The translations under genes were made by a program, and so were the position numbers. This document shows, piece after piece, positions 27,623 to 38,512 of a stretch of DNA of 64,000 bases; within the stretch, counting starts at the first letter, position 1; each line of letters starts with the position of its first letter. A model generated the notes under the pieces. It saw nothing but the letters and a program-made list of their open reading frames with translations, was not told the origin of the DNA and did no database searches. Source of the DNA: Longimicrobiales bacterium (GTDB lineage Bacteria; Gemmatimonadota; Gemmatimonadetes; Longimicrobiales; Gaopeijiaceae); the NCBI GenBank assembly GCA_965203485.1, contig OZ241892.1:800001-864000 (forward strand), given 5' to 3'.

Positions 27623-30600
27623 TTGCCCAAGCGCACGGACCTCGAGTCCATCCTGATCCTCGGATCCGGCCCGATAGTCATCGGGCAGGCATGCGAGTTC
27701 GACTATTCGGGCACGCAAGCAGTGCGGGCGCTCAAGGAGGAGGGCTACCGCGTCGTTCTGGTCAACTCGAATCCGGCGACGATCATGACGGACCCGGACT
27801 TGGCGGACCGGACCTACGTCGAGCCCCTCACGCCCGAATGGGTGGCCCAGGTCGTCCGGCGGGAGCGCCCCGACGCCCTCCTTCCGACCATGGGGGGCCA
27901 GACGGCCCTCAACATCGCCATGGACCTGGACGCCGACGGCTTCCTGGCAGAGCAGGGCGTCGAGCTGATCGGCGCCAACGCGCGATCCATTCGCATGGCA
28001 GAGGACCGCGAGGAGTTCGCGGCGGCGATGGACCGCATCGGCCTCTCGGTCCCGCACGGCGGCTTCGCCCGCAACATGGAGGACGCCCGGCGCATCGTGG
28101 CCGACACGGGCTACCCGGCGATCGTCCGCCCTTCCTTCACGCTGGGGGGCACGGGCGGCGGCACGGCGTACAACTTGGCCGAGTTCGAGGCCCAGGCGCG
28201 CAAGGGGATGGCCGCCAGCCGCATCGGCGAAGTGCTGATCGACCGGGGCGTCCTGGGCTGGAAGGAGTACGAGCTGGAGGTCGTCCGCGACGGCGCGGAC
28301 AACGTGATCGTCGTGTGCTCGATCGAGAACTTCGATCCGATGGGCGTCCACACCGGCGACTCGGTCACGGTGGCCCCCGCCCAGACTCTCTCGGACCGCG
28401 AGTACCAGGAGATGCGGGACGCGGCAATAGCGATCATCCGCGAAGTCGGTGTGGAGGCGGGCGGTTGCAACATTCAGTTCGCGGTCAACCCGAAGGACGG
28501 AGAGATGCTGGTCGTCGAGATGAACCCACGGGTCTCCCGTTCCTCGGCTCTGGCGTCGAAGGCCACTGGCTTCCCCATAGCCCGCGTGGGCGCGAAGCTG
28601 GCCGTGGGTTGCCGCTTGGACGAGCTGCCGAACGACATCACCCGCACCACGCCGGCCGCCTTCGAGCCGGTCCTGGACTACGTGGTGGTCAAGTTCCCGC
28701 GCTTCGCCTTCGAGAAGTTCCCGGGCGAGGACGAGACGCTGGGCGTCCAGATGAAGGCGGTGGGCGAGACCATGGCCATTGGGCGCAGCTTCCGTGCCGC
28801 GTGGCAAAAGGGACTCAGGGGACTGGAAGTGGGGCGTCCCGGATGGGTGACGGGCAAGACGTTGGCGGACGACAGGCTGGAATCGGACTCGGCCGGCGCC
28901 CTGCTCGATGCGGTGCGGCGGCCCACCACGGCCCGCAAGTACCAGCTCAAGCGCGCGCTGGAAGCGGGCGTTCCGATCGAGCGGCTGCACCGGGCCACGG
29001 GGATCGACCCCTGGTTCCTCGACCAGCTGGCCCAGATCGTGGAGACGGAGCGCTGGTACGCCGGCTTGCCCCTAGTGGACGAGGCCGCGCTCCGCCGCAT
29101 GAAGCGCGAAGGCTTCTCGGATGCCCAGCTGGCCGCGCTGCGGGGCGAGGACGAGAGCGCCGCGCGGGCCAGGCGCTGGGAATGGGGCGTCCGTCCCACC
29201 TACAACGTGGTGGACACCTGCGCAGGCGAGTTTCCGGCCGAGACGCCCTACTACTACTCGTCGTACGAGTCCGAGGACGAGTCGGCGCCGTCGGCGCGCC
29301 GCAAGATCGTCATCCTGGGAAGCGGTCCCAACCGCATCGGCCAGGGGATCGAGTTCGACTACTGCTGCGTGCAGGCAGTGATGGCGCTGCGCGAGGCCGG
29401 CTTCGAGACGATCATGGTCAACTCCAACCCGGAGACAGTCTCGACGGACTTCGACGTGAGCGACAAGCTCTACTTCGAGCCGCTCACGCTGGAGGACGTG
29501 GCCGAGATCGTGGAGCGCGAGAAGCCCGAAGGGGTGATCGTGCAGCTGGGCGGGCAGACGCCGCTCAACTTGGCGCGCGGGCTGGCCGATCTCGGCGTCC
29601 CGATCCTGGGCACCCCGGTGGACGCCATCGACCGCGCCGAGGACCGCCGCCGCTTCGAGGCGGTGTGCCGCCGCATCGGCGCGCGCGTGCCCGAGAACGG
29701 CACGGCCAGGAGCGTGGAGGAAGCGTTGCGCGTGTCGCGCTCGGTGGGGTTCCCGGTGCTGGTGCGTCCGTCGTACGTGCTGGGCGGGCGCGCCATGGAG
29801 ATCGTGTACGACGAGGAGTCGCTCGAGTCGTACTTCGAGAAGGCGGTGCGGGCGTCGCCGGACCATCCCGTGCTCGTGGACCGCTTCCTCGAGGACGCCT
29901 TCGAAGCCGACGTGGACGCGCTGTCGGACGGAGAGGACGTGGTGGTGGCGGGCATCATGCAGCACATCGAGGACGCCGGCGTGCACTCGGGCGACTCGGC
30001 CTGCGTGTTGCCGCCGTACCTGCTGCGCAGCTCGGAGCTCGACGAGATGCGCCAGCTCGTGCGCCGGTTCGCGCTGGAGCTCGGCGTCAAGGGGCTGATG
30101 AACGCGCAGTTCGCGGTCAAGGACGGCGACGTGTACGTGCTGGAGGTCAACCCGCGGGCCTCGCGCACGGTTCCGTTCGTGGGCAAGGCGACGGGCCTGC
30201 CGCTCGCGCGCCTGGCCGCGCGGATCATGGCGGGCGAGAAGCTGTCGGAGCTGGACGTGCCGGCCGAACCGGAGGTGGCCGGGGTGGCCGTGAAGGAGGC
30301 CGTCTTTCCGTTCAACCGCTTCGACGTGGACACGCTGCTGGGCCCCGAAATGCGCTCGACGGGCGAGGCGATGGGCGTGGACGACTCCTTCGGGATGGCG
30401 TTCGCCAAGGCCCAGGTGTCCGCGGGCAACCGGCTGCCGGAAGACGAAGGCGCCCGCTCCGTGGTCGTCACCGTCAACGACGCCGACAAGCCGACGGTCA
30501 CGCCCCTCGTGCGCCGCTTGGCGGACATGGGGTTCTCGGTGTTCGCCACCCGAGGCACCCGCGCCCACCTGCGCCAGCTGGGCGTCGCCTGCGAGCGCGT

Positions 30601-30880
30601 CTTCAAGGTGGGAGAGGGACGGCCCAACATCGTCGACCGAATCGTGAGCGGCGAAGTCGGCCTCCTGATCAACACGCCCTTGGGCAAGAAGTCCCAGTAC
30701 GACGACTACGCCATGCGCCGCGCCGCGATCGCCTTCGGCGTCCCCTACCTGACCACGATGTCGGCCACCAGCGCCGCGGTGGACGCGCTCGCCGCAACGC
30801 GGATGCGTCCGCCCGCCGTCCTGACCATCCAAGAACGGATCGCGCGCATGCGAGGGCCGGCGGCGGAGGGAGCGGCGTGA
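27623..30880 (+). CDS. carB: Carbamoyl-phosphate synthase large subunit
   Basis: MPKRTD...[17 protein letters not shown]; two ATP-grasp halves; C-terminal MGS domain. Confidence 0.98.
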   Translation: MPKRTDLESILILGSGPIVIGQACEFDYSGTQAVRALKEEGYRVVLVNSNPATIMTDPDLADRTYVEPLTPEWVAQVVRRERPDALLPTMGGQTALNIAMDLDADGFLAEQGVELIGANARSIRMAEDREEFAAAMDRIGLSVPHGGFARNMEDARRIVADTGYPAIVRPSFTLGGTGGGTAYNLAEFEAQARKGMAASRIGEVLIDRGVLGWKEYELEVVRDGADNVIVVCSIENFDPMGVHTGDSVTVAPAQTLSDREYQEMRDAAIAIIREVGVEAGGCNIQFAVNPKDGEMLVVEMNPRVSRSSALASKATGFPIARVGAKLAVGCRLDELPNDITRTTPAAFEPVLDYVVVKFPRFAFEKFPGEDETLGVQMKAVGETMAIGRSFRAAWQKGLRGLEVGRPGWVTGKTLADDRLESDSAGALLDAVRRPTTARKYQLKRALEAGVPIERLHRATGIDPWFLDQLAQIVETERWYAGLPLVDEAALRRMKREGFSDAQLAALRGEDESAARARRWEWGVRPTYNVVDTCAGEFPAETPYYYSSYESEDESAPSARRKIVILGSGPNRIGQGIEFDYCCVQAVMALREAGFETIMVNSNPETVSTDFDVSDKLYFEPLTLEDVAEIVEREKPEGVIVQLGGQTPLNLARGLADLGVPILGTPVDAIDRAEDRRRFEAVCRRIGARVPENGTARSVEEALRVSRSVGFPVLVRPSYVLGGRAMEIVYDEESLESYFEKAVRASPDHPVLVDRFLEDAFEADVDALSDGEDVVVAGIMQHIEDAGVHSGDSACVLPPYLLRSSELDEMRQLVRRFALELGVKGLMNAQFAVKDGDVYVLEVNPRASRTVPFVGKATGLPLARLAARIMAGEKLSELDVPAEPEVAGVAVKEAVFPFNRFDVDTLLGPEMRSTGEAMGVDDSFGMAFAKAQVSAGNRLPEDEGARSVVVTVNDADKPTVTPLVRRLADMGFSVFATRGTRAHLRQLGVACERVFKVGEGRPNIVDRIVSGEVGLLINTPLGKKSQYDDYAMRRAAIAFGVPYLTTMSATSAAVDALAATRMRPPAVLTIQERIARMRGPAAEGAA

Positions 30881-30941
30881 CGTCGCGCATCCACTTGGCG
30901 CCGGTGTCCGTCGCCGGAGACGCTTCCACGCAGGAAACCGC

Positions 30942-31955
30942 ATGAAGAACTCGGGGCGTGAAGCCATGCCGCTTCCGTCCGGCGGACGCACGGCCTTCCT
31001 GCTGCACGAGGCCGCCGCCTTGCACGACACCGGCTGGGGACACCCGGAGCACCAAGGCCGTCTGCGAGCGGTCGTCTCGGCGCTGGAGAAGGAGCTGCCG
31101 TCCCTGCACGGCGCAGTGGAGCAGATGGCGCCGGCCCCCGCCACCGAGGCCGACTTGCGGCGGGTGCACGCGCCGCGCCTGATCGAATCCGTGCGACAAG
31201 CGGCCGAGGCCGCCGCCGAGAAGGACCGAGTCGTGTCGCTCGACGGAGACACGAAGGTGTCGGGCGCCTCCTGGGACGCGGCCCTGGGCACGGCCGGCGC
31301 GGGGTTGCACGCGGTGCGGCTGGTCTCGTCCGGGGCCTTTCGCAACGCGTTCGTGGCGGCGCGTCCCCCGGGGCACCATGCCACGCCCGACCGCGCGATG
31401 GGCTTCTGCTTGTTCAACAACGTGGCCGTCGCGGCGGCGGACCTGCGAGCCTCCGGCGCGGCCGAGAGGGCGCTGATCGTCGACTGGGACGTCCATCACG
31501 GCAACGGCACGCAGGACGTCTTCTACGCCGATCCGGCGGTCTTCTTCCTGTCGCTGCACCAGCATCCGCACTACCCGGGGACCGGCGCGGCCGGCGAGAC
31601 CGGCGCGGGCGCGGGCAGGGGCTTCACGCTCAACGTGCCGCTGGCCGCGGCGACGCCCCGCGCCGAATACTTGGCGGCGTTCTCCCGCGCGCTCGACGAG
31701 GCCGCCGCCCGCTCGAAGCCCGGCTTCGTCCTCGTTTCCGCGGGCTTCGACGTGCTGGCGGGCGACCCGCTGGGCGGCCAGCTGCTGGAGCCGCCGGACC
31801 TGCACCGCATGACGCGCGAAGTCCTGGAAGTCGCGGACCGGTGGTGCGAAGGCAGATTGGTCGTGTTCCTGGAGGGCGGATACGATCCGGTTCGAACGGG
31901 ACTCGGGTGCGCCGAGGTCGTGCGGGCATTGGCGGGCCTGGGCCACGGCTCATGA
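30942..31955 (+). CDS. Histone deacetylase-family protein
   Basis: HPEH..RL, RPPGHHA, GFCLFNNVA, DWDVHHGNGTQ, SAGFD, LEGGY. Confidence 0.95.
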   Translation: MKNSGREAMPLPSGGRTAFLLHEAAALHDTGWGHPEHQGRLRAVVSALEKELPSLHGAVEQMAPAPATEADLRRVHAPRLIESVRQAAEAAAEKDRVVSLDGDTKVSGASWDAALGTAGAGLHAVRLVSSGAFRNAFVAARPPGHHATPDRAMGFCLFNNVAVAAADLRASGAAERALIVDWDVHHGNGTQDVFYADPAVFFLSLHQHPHYPGTGAAGETGAGAGRGFTLNVPLAAATPRAEYLAAFSRALDEAAARSKPGFVLVSAGFDVLAGDPLGGQLLEPPDLHRMTREVLEVADRWCEGRLVVFLEGGYDPVRTGLGCAEVVRALAGLGHGS

Positions 31956-31997
31956 GGGGGCCGGCCGCCTACTCCGCCCCGGCGCTCCCCGGCGCAC

Positions 31998-32156
31998 GCG
32001 AAGGCGGACTACCGTCAAGAGTTCTCCGGACTCTGGAAGAGGTTGCCGCAACAGGAGGGAAGGGCGGTCGTCGTGCGGCTGGTCGAGCGGCCGACCGGCG
32101 AGATCGCGATCGCCTTGATGGTTGCGGCCCAGCCGGGTCGCGTGCCGTCGCGGTGA
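31998..32156 (+). pseudogene. Possible C-terminal remnant of a large serine recombinase
   Basis: Startless frame AKADYRQEFSGLWKRLPQQEGRAVVVRLVERPTGEIAIAL resembles the F..LW..L...E...V..LVER tail of these enzymes. Confidence 0.3.
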
Positions 32157-32373
32157 CGCGCACTGTATCTTGGCGAGCACGGAGGCGGAACCGCAGGCGG
32201 GCCCAAGCGAAGCGCTGGCCGAGACCGGAGGACTCGTGGGAACATTGAGACGGCAACGGAGTCCGGCGCTCGAAGCGTCGCGGGCACGCGGGGATGGAGT
32301 TCGCCGGCGCCATGCACGCGCCGGCGCTTGGAGCGCGGAGTCCGGCGCGCTTGCGGCTTGCGTTGGTCGGCGC

Positions 32374-32865
32374 GTGGCGGTTGTCGGCGCCGTCGCCGCG
32401 TCGGTGGCGTGCGCGGCGCCGTCGCCGGCGTCGGCCCAGGATTCGGTTTCGGGGTCGGCGCGCATCCTCCACCCCGAGGCACAGGAGGCGATCTCGCGCA
32501 TTCGCTCGCCGTTCTGTCCAGGGCTGATGCTCGAGGTTTGTCCGTCGGGGCCGGCCCAGGCGCTTCGGGACAGCCTCGACGCGCAGGCCGAGACGGGCCT
32601 CCGGGCGGACAGCCTGGTTGAAATGGTGATCGCGTCCTGGGGCGAGGAGTACCGTGCGGTGCCCAAGGCGAGCGGCGCCGGGTTGCTGGCGTGGGTGATG
32701 CCGCCCGTTGCGCTGGGCGTCGGCCTGGGACTGGTTCTGCTGGCGCTCCGCAGGTTGCGCGCACCGGCGGGCTCGCGGCCCGCGGCGGACTTGAGCGCCG
32801 AAGAGCAGGCGCGGGTGCGACAGGCCCTGGCCGACTTCGAGCAGATGGAAGAGAGCCGGGCCTGA
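32374..32865 (+). CDS. CcmH/CycL-like cytochrome c biogenesis protein
   Basis: Signal peptide, IRSPFCPGLMLEVCPS, WGE..RAVP, LLAWVMPP and a TM helix. Start uncertain within ORF 32122..32865. Confidence 0.72.
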   Translation: MAVVGAVAASVACAAPSPASAQDSVSGSARILHPEAQEAISRIRSPFCPGLMLEVCPSGPAQALRDSLDAQAETGLRADSLVEMVIASWGEEYRAVPKASGAGLLAWVMPPVALGVGLGLVLLALRRLRAPAGSRPAADLSAEEQARVRQALADFEQMEESRA

Positions 32866-34088
32866 GCGCGCACGGTCAGCGGCGGAGCGACGCCGAGGCG
32901 GCTCTGCTGGCGTCCTCCGAAGGCGTCGAGCGCGTGCAGGCCGCGCTTCGCGATGCGGGACTCGACGGGTGGCTCCTCTACGACTTCGGCGACCGCAATC
33001 CAATCGCGCGCCCGCTCTTGGGTCTCGAGTGGACCACGCGGCGCGGCTTCGCCTTCGTGCCCGCCTCGGGCCGGCCCCGGCTCCTGATTCACGCCATCGA
33101 GAGTTCTTCGTGGCGGCACCTGGACTGGCCGCGAGAGGCCTATGCCAGCCACCAAGAGCTCGAGCGCGGATTGGCCGCGTTGCTCGGAGGAGCCTCGCGC
33201 GTGGCCGCGGAGACCTCGCCCCGGGGCGGCGTCCCCGGTCTGGACCTGATTCCGGCGGGCATGCTGGCAATGATCGCCGCGACCGGCGTCGAACTTCGCA
33301 GCTCCGGCGACTTGGTGTCGACGTTCCACTCCGTCTGGACGCCGGCCCAGCGCGAGGAACACGCCCGCGCCTCGGCCCTGGTCAAGGACTTGGCCGGCGA
33401 CGCGTTCCGCCGCGCGGCGGCGCGCGTCCGCGATGGAGAGAGCGTCACGGAGGGTGAGCTGGCCGCTTGGATTCGTTCCGAGCTTCGTCGCCGCGGCGCT
33501 CCGGCCCAGGCGGGCTGCATCGTCGCCATCGGCCCCAAGGCGGCCGACCCGCACTACGATCCTGGCAAGACCGGCGAGCCGATTCGCGCGGGCGATCTGC
33601 TCCTGATCGACTTGTGGGGCGCCCTCCACGACGCCTCCGTGCCCGCCGACCAGACGTGGATGGGCTTCATGGGGAACGAACTTCCGGAGCGGGCCGCCTG
33701 CGTCTGGCACGCAGTCAGAACGGCCCGCGACCGCGTGGTGGAGTTCTTGCGCGACCAGTTCGGCCGCGGCGAGGCGACGCGAGGCTTCGAGGCGGACGAC
33801 GTGGCCCGCAAGACTCTCGCGGCGGCGGGCTTCGGCGAGTACTTCATCCACCGGACTGGCCACTCGATCGATCGCGAGCTGCACGGGCGCGGTCCGAATC
33901 TCGACAATCTCGAGACGCGCGACGACCGCGTGCTCGTCCCGGGTGTCGGCTTCTCCGTGGAGCCCGGGGTCTACGTCCCGGGCGAAATCGGCCTTCGAAC
34001 GGAGATCAACGTGTTCATGGGGCCTGCCGGACCCGAGGTGACCGTGGACGAGCCGCAGGAGGACGTCTTTCTTCTGTTGCCCGACTGA
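32862..34088 (+). CDS. M24-family Xaa-Pro peptidase
   Basis: LDGWLLYDF, ADPHY, LLIDLWG, ADQTW, HRTGHSI, FSVEPGVY, GLRTE. Start approximate. Confidence 0.88.
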   Translation: MSAHGQRRSDAEAALLASSEGVERVQAALRDAGLDGWLLYDFGDRNPIARPLLGLEWTTRRGFAFVPASGRPRLLIHAIESSSWRHLDWPREAYASHQELERGLAALLGGASRVAAETSPRGGVPGLDLIPAGMLAMIAATGVELRSSGDLVSTFHSVWTPAQREEHARASALVKDLAGDAFRRAAARVRDGESVTEGELAAWIRSELRRRGAPAQAGCIVAIGPKAADPHYDPGKTGEPIRAGDLLLIDLWGALHDASVPADQTWMGFMGNELPERAACVWHAVRTARDRVVEFLRDQFGRGEATRGFEADDVARKTLAAAGFGEYFIHRTGHSIDRELHGRGPNLDNLETRDDRVLVPGVGFSVEPGVYVPGEIGLRTEINVFMGPAGPEVTVDEPQEDVFLLLPD

Positions 34089-34139
34089 GCGGAGGCGAGA
34101 CGGCGGCGTCCGCTTGTCGCCGGTTGCCCGGCTGGTCCG

Positions 34140-34410
34140 GCATGGCGATGGGCCGGGTGCGACAGCGGGCGGACCCGACGAGGCCGAAGCCGCCTTCCAC
34201 GTTCATCACGTGGCGGAACGCTCAGCAACTGGTATGCATGGAGGCGCTCGTCGGCAGCCACGACTTCCACGGGGGGGTCTGGTCCAAGACTGTCGACGGC
34301 CACTTGGGGCAAGGGGCCAGTGAATCTCGTGCTGTCCACGTCCACGTTCCATGCACGGAAGCAGTTGATGCAGTCGGTCAGGCGCCACCTCGCCGCGAAG
34401 AGATGGCGGT
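34140..34410 (-). pseudogene. Possible frameshifted remnant of a DUF4249-like gene
   Basis: Minus strand VEVVAADERLHAYQL in one frame continues as MNVEGGFGLVGSA in another, resembling the DUF4249 C-terminus. Confidence 0.3.
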
Positions 34411-34529
34411 GCCGAGCCGAGGGTCCGCGACGGTTGGCGCGAGTCAGCGCGCGGACCGCAAGTTGGAGGAATGATCCGAACGGCTAGACGGGCTTCGGCG
34501 GCCGGCCGGCGCGTTGCAGCTGGCGCCGG

Positions 34530-37013
34530 ATGAGCGGCCCCTCTCGGCGCGCGGACGCGGACGCCTCGTACCTGGCCGTCGCCCTGCCGGTCCCCGTCCC
34601 TCGGCTCTTCACCTACCGTTGCCTCGGCCCGCCGCCGTCCCCGGGGACGCGCGTGATGGTTCCGTTTCGGCAGGCGGTCCATGTCGGCTGGTCCGCAGGC
34701 GCGGCGGCTCGCCGGCCTGGGGCGCGCGACGTGCTTTCGGTGCTGGAGAACGCTCCGTCGATGCCCGCCGACCTGATGGCGCTGGCCCGTTGGGTCGCCG
34801 GCTACTACGTGGCTCCCTTGGGCGTCGTGCTCAAGGCGATGACGCCCGCCGGCCTGACCGATCGCTCCCATCAGCGCCTGATCCCCCTTCGCTCGCCCGG
34901 TCCGGGAGACGGCCTAGGCCGTCGGGAGGAGCGCGTCCTGGCCGCGGTCGGCGCGTCTCCGCGCGGCAAGTTGGTGGCATCCGTGCGCAACCTGGCGGGG
35001 TCGTCCGGCTTCTGGCCCGCCGTGCGCAAGCTGGCCGTGCTGGGAATCTTGGGCCATGCGACGGCGTTGCCGCGGCTGCGGAAGGCCCGCACGCGAAAGA
35101 CGGTTCGCCTGGCCCGGTCGATCGGCACGTTGGAGGAGATGGACCGCGTCTTCGGGAGAGCCGGCCGCCAGCGCGAAGCGTACGATCGGCTCCAGGAGGC
35201 GGGCGGAAGCTTGGCGCTCGCGGCGCTCCTCGACGGCGGATTCGGCCGGGGCGTGGTCGCCGGCCTGGTCGCCCGGGGCGTGGCGGAGATGGGCGACGAG
35301 ACCGTCCGCCGCGATCCGTTTCGAGCCGGTTCGCCGGGAGACTGGGAGGATGCGGGGAGCGGCGGGCCCGCGTCGTCCTTCGCTCCGGCGCCCGCCCAGA
35401 AGAAGGCCCTCGGGCCGATGAAGGCCGCGCTGGGCAAGGGCGGCGCCTTCTTGCTGCATGGAGTGACCGGGTCGGGCAAGACGCTCGTGTACGTCGAGCT
35501 GCTCAAGGACGTGCTGGCGCGCGGCGAGGGCGCGGTCGTGCTCGTGCCCGAGATCGCGCTGACGCCTCAGACCGTGGGCAGGTTCCGAAAGGCGTTCGGC
35601 GACTTGGTGGCCGTCCTGCATTCCGGCCTGTCCGCGGCGGAGCGCTGCGACGCTTGGCGAGCGCTCAGGTCGGGCGAGAAGCGCGTGGCGATCGGGGCGC
35701 GTTCGGCGGTCTTCGCGCCTGTTGGCCGGCTGGGCGCAATCGTGGTGGACGAGGAGCACGACGGCGGCTACAAGCAGTCCGAGACGCCGTCCTACCAAGC
35801 CCGCGACGTCGCCCTGGTGCGCGCCGCCCGGTCGGGCGCCGTTTGCGTGCTGGGTTCGGCCACGCCGTCGCTGGAGAGCTGGGCCAACGCCAAGTCCGGC
35901 AAGCTGGCGCTGCTGTCGATGGCGAACCGGGTCGGCGGCGGCAGTCTCCCGCGCATTCGCGTGACCGATCTCCGGGACGGCCAAGCCGCCGCGCGAGGCG
36001 GGACCCGCGTTCCCGGAACCTTCCCGTCCCACGTCGTCTCGCCCCCGTTGGCCGCGGCCATTCGCGCCAGGCTGCCGCGCCGCGAACAGGTCATCCTGCT
36101 GTTGAACCGCCGGGGATACGCCTCGGTTGCTCTGTGCTTGGCGTGCGGCGCCGCGCGGCAGTGCCGCGACTGCTCGGTGTCCATGACGTTGCACAGGGGC
36201 CGCGGCGAGATGGTCTGCCATCACTGCGGCCGCATCGAATCCGTGCCTGAACAGTGCGCCGAGTGCGGATCGGCGTCGCTGTCGTACCGGGGGCTCGGCA
36301 CCGAGCAGGTGGAGAGCGTTCTCGTGGAAGCCGTGCCCGGCGTGCGGGTGGCGCGCATGGACGCCGACACGACGGGAGGGAAGTGGTCTCGCCACGAGAT
36401 CCTGGGGCGGTTTCGCGACGGTGCGGTCGACGTCTTGGTGGGGACTCAGATGGTCGCAAAGGGACTGGACTTCCACCGCGTGACGCTGGTCGGCGTGATC
36501 AATGCCGACGTCGGCTTGAATCTCCCCGACTTTCGCGCCTGCGAGCGCACGTTCCAGCTCTTGGCGCAGGTGTCGGGACGCACGGGGCGGGGCAACCTGC
36601 CCGGCGAAGTCGTCGTTCAGACCTACGTGCCCGACCACCACGTCGTCCGCGCGGCCGTCGCGCACGACTACGCGGGCTTCGCGGAACGAGAGTTGCGTGC
36701 GCGCCGCAGTCCGCCCTATCCGCCGACCGTTCGCTTGGCGCGCATCGTCCTGAGCGGCGGCGGCATGGAGTCCGCCGCAGCGGCCGCGGAGCGCTTGGCG
36801 GAATGGTTGAAGCCGCGGTCAAGGGGGAATCTCGACGTCCTCGGACCCGCGCCGGCGCCGATCGAGAAGCTGCGGGGCCGCTTCCGGTGGCATCTCCTGC
36901 TGCGCGGGAGCGCGACCGAGGTGGGCCGGGCTCTTCGCGCGGCGGCGGCCGGCTTCGCTCCCGGCGGCGACGTCCGCATGTCGCTCGACCGCGACCCGTG
37001 GCAGATGATGTAG
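34530..37013 (+). CDS. priA: Primosomal protein N' (replication restart helicase)
   Basis: GVTGSGKT, VPEIALTPQ, DEEHD, SATPSLES, four CxxC pairs, GTQMVAKGLDF, PDFRA. Confidence 0.97.
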   Translation: MSGPSRRADADASYLAVALPVPVPRLFTYRCLGPPPSPGTRVMVPFRQAVHVGWSAGAAARRPGARDVLSVLENAPSMPADLMALARWVAGYYVAPLGVVLKAMTPAGLTDRSHQRLIPLRSPGPGDGLGRREERVLAAVGASPRGKLVASVRNLAGSSGFWPAVRKLAVLGILGHATALPRLRKARTRKTVRLARSIGTLEEMDRVFGRAGRQREAYDRLQEAGGSLALAALLDGGFGRGVVAGLVARGVAEMGDETVRRDPFRAGSPGDWEDAGSGGPASSFAPAPAQKKALGPMKAALGKGGAFLLHGVTGSGKTLVYVELLKDVLARGEGAVVLVPEIALTPQTVGRFRKAFGDLVAVLHSGLSAAERCDAWRALRSGEKRVAIGARSAVFAPVGRLGAIVVDEEHDGGYKQSETPSYQARDVALVRAARSGAVCVLGSATPSLESWANAKSGKLALLSMANRVGGGSLPRIRVTDLRDGQAAARGGTRVPGTFPSHVVSPPLAAAIRARLPRREQVILLLNRRGYASVALCLACGAARQCRDCSVSMTLHRGRGEMVCHHCGRIESVPEQCAECGSASLSYRGLGTEQVESVLVEAVPGVRVARMDADTTGGKWSRHEILGRFRDGAVDVLVGTQMVAKGLDFHRVTLVGVINADVGLNLPDFRACERTFQLLAQVSGRTGRGNLPGEVVVQTYVPDHHVVRAAVAHDYAGFAERELRARRSPPYPPTVRLARIVLSGGGMESAAAAAERLAEWLKPRSRGNLDVLGPAPAPIEKLRGRFRWHLLLRGSATEVGRALRAAAAGFAPGGDVRMSLDRDPWQMM

Positions 37014-37244
37014 GGTGGTCCGCGTTTTGCGCGCAGGAGGCCGGCGAGACCGCCAGCGGGCGTGGTACAGGCTTGCGCTCCGTCGTGGTTTCACTATCGT
37101 AGATGGCGTCGCGCTCGTTGCGGCGAGGTGCGCATAGCGTTGCGCGCGGTCGCAGAGCGTCCCCGTCGGCGGCGCCCGCGCGCGGCCGTGTTCGCATTGC
37201 GCGCCGCGCGGACGCGGGCGTCCGGTCCAAGGAGAGGCGGTCCA

Positions 37245-37811
37245 GTGAGTTGCCTGGCGTTGAACGCGTCCTACGAGCCGTTGACGATCGTGCCCGCGCA
37301 GAGGGCCGTGCGTCTTGTGCTCGATGCCAAGGCGGAAGTCCTGGAGGCCGACGCGGGCCGGGCGTTTCGGTCGGTTCGGGCGCACCATCCGTTTCCGCTG
37401 GTAATCCGGCTGGTGCGCTACGTCCACGTTCCGAGGCGCTTTCGCAGGCAGGTGACGAACACGTTCTTGTTTGCGCGCGACGAGTACGCGTGCCAGTACT
37501 GCGGCCGGCACAAGCGGATGCTGCGCCACCGGGAGTTCTTGACCCGCGACCACGTGCTCCCGATTTCGCGGGGCGGGGGCAACTCGTGGACGAACGTCGT
37601 GACGGCGTGCTCGACCTGCAATCACCGCAAGGGCGACCGGACGCCGGCAGAGGCGGGCCTCCGCTTGGCGAAGCGTCCGGCGGAGCCGAACCACGTCCGG
37701 CTCGTGTGGGCGGTGCGCAAGGTGACGCCCGTGCAGGCCAAGTACGTCGAGATGTTCTTCGGCAAGGACGCGGTGCCGACTCTCGACGGGCGCGAGGGGA
37801 TTCCAGCCTGA
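37245..37811 (+). CDS. HNH endonuclease (McrA-like, zinc-binding)
   Basis: LALNASYEPL, LFARDEYACQYCG, TRDHVLPISRGG, WTNVVTACSTCNHRKG; AGGAGAGG upstream. Confidence 0.92.
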   Translation: MSCLALNASYEPLTIVPAQRAVRLVLDAKAEVLEADAGRAFRSVRAHHPFPLVIRLVRYVHVPRRFRRQVTNTFLFARDEYACQYCGRHKRMLRHREFLTRDHVLPISRGGGNSWTNVVTACSTCNHRKGDRTPAEAGLRLAKRPAEPNHVRLVWAVRKVTPVQAKYVEMFFGKDAVPTLDGREGIPA

Positions 37812-38068
37812 CCTGCCGGCCTCAGGGGGTGCGTGGCACGCGTTGCCCGCCGCCGCCCGCATTCTCGGGCGACTCCGCGCCCTTGGAGCCGGCCCCCGTT
37901 GCCGCCGGCCGGCAGCGGCGCTCGTCCCCAGAGTCGGCCACCGGTGCGCCGGGGCCGCCACGGCCCGTCGCCGAGACGGCCGCCCCGCGTGGGCCCGTTG
38001 CCGCGCCGTCCTCGGCGCCCCTTGCCGCCGCGTCGGCCGGTGGTGCGCCGACCCCCGTTGCGTCCCGC

Positions 38069-38395
38069 ATGGCGCGTCCGCCCGCTCCACCGCGCGAGCC
38101 GCAACGGCCCGCTCCCGTCCTCGCCCGCGAGATCGAGTACGGCGGCGAGCGGTGGACCGTCCGGCTTGAAGGAGCGACGGCGGCTGGCCCGGCGCCCGGA
38201 GCCTGCACGCCGTTGCTGGGCGTCGTCTTCGAGGGGTCGGGCCCGCCCCGCGACCCGGAGCTGGCCGCGTACGTAGTGGCGGAGAACCTGGGCGAGGTCC
38301 CCGAAGACGCGTTGCGCAGCCTTCTTGCGGAACGTCTGAAGGCGCCGCCGTCGTCGCGATCGGGTTCGCGACGGCGGTCTCGCAGCGCGCGATGA
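38069..38395 (+). CDS. Small hypothetical protein
   Basis: C-terminal part of ORF 37103..38395 looks globular (REIEYGGERWTVRLEG...PLLGVVFE...LGEVPEDALRSLL). Confidence 0.5.
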   Translation: MARPPAPPREPQRPAPVLAREIEYGGERWTVRLEGATAAGPAPGACTPLLGVVFEGSGPPRDPELAAYVVAENLGEVPEDALRSLLAERLKAPPSSRSGSRRRSRSAR

Positions 38396-38473
38396 GGCCG
38401 CCTCGCCCTTAGGACGCGGCGAGCGTCTCGGGGCTGTCCGTTCCTGGCGAGGGACCGGCGCTCGCTTAACCGC

Positions 38474-38502
38474 TCAACGGAAGAAGCCGGTCATGTGTCC
38501 TT
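38474..38502 (+). promoter_or_regulatory. Putative ECF-type promoter
   Basis: TCAAC-N18-GTCCTT just upstream of the ECF sigma gene. Confidence 0.4.
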
Positions 38503-38512
38503 GTGCTGACGA

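Noticed and set aside
27623..30880. carB without an adjacent carA
   Set aside because: Split carA and carB loci are common in bacteria.
27691..30945. Very long alternative-frame and antisense ORFs (also 20839..24051, 2731..4740, 51023..53233, 41857..44361)
   Set aside because: These are Arg/Gly/Ala-rich shadows of real genes, expected from stop-codon scarcity at high GC.
37245..37811. HNH nuclease as part of a defence or mobile element
   Set aside because: It is a common stand-alone chromosomal family, with no adjacent methylase, repeats, integrase or intron context.
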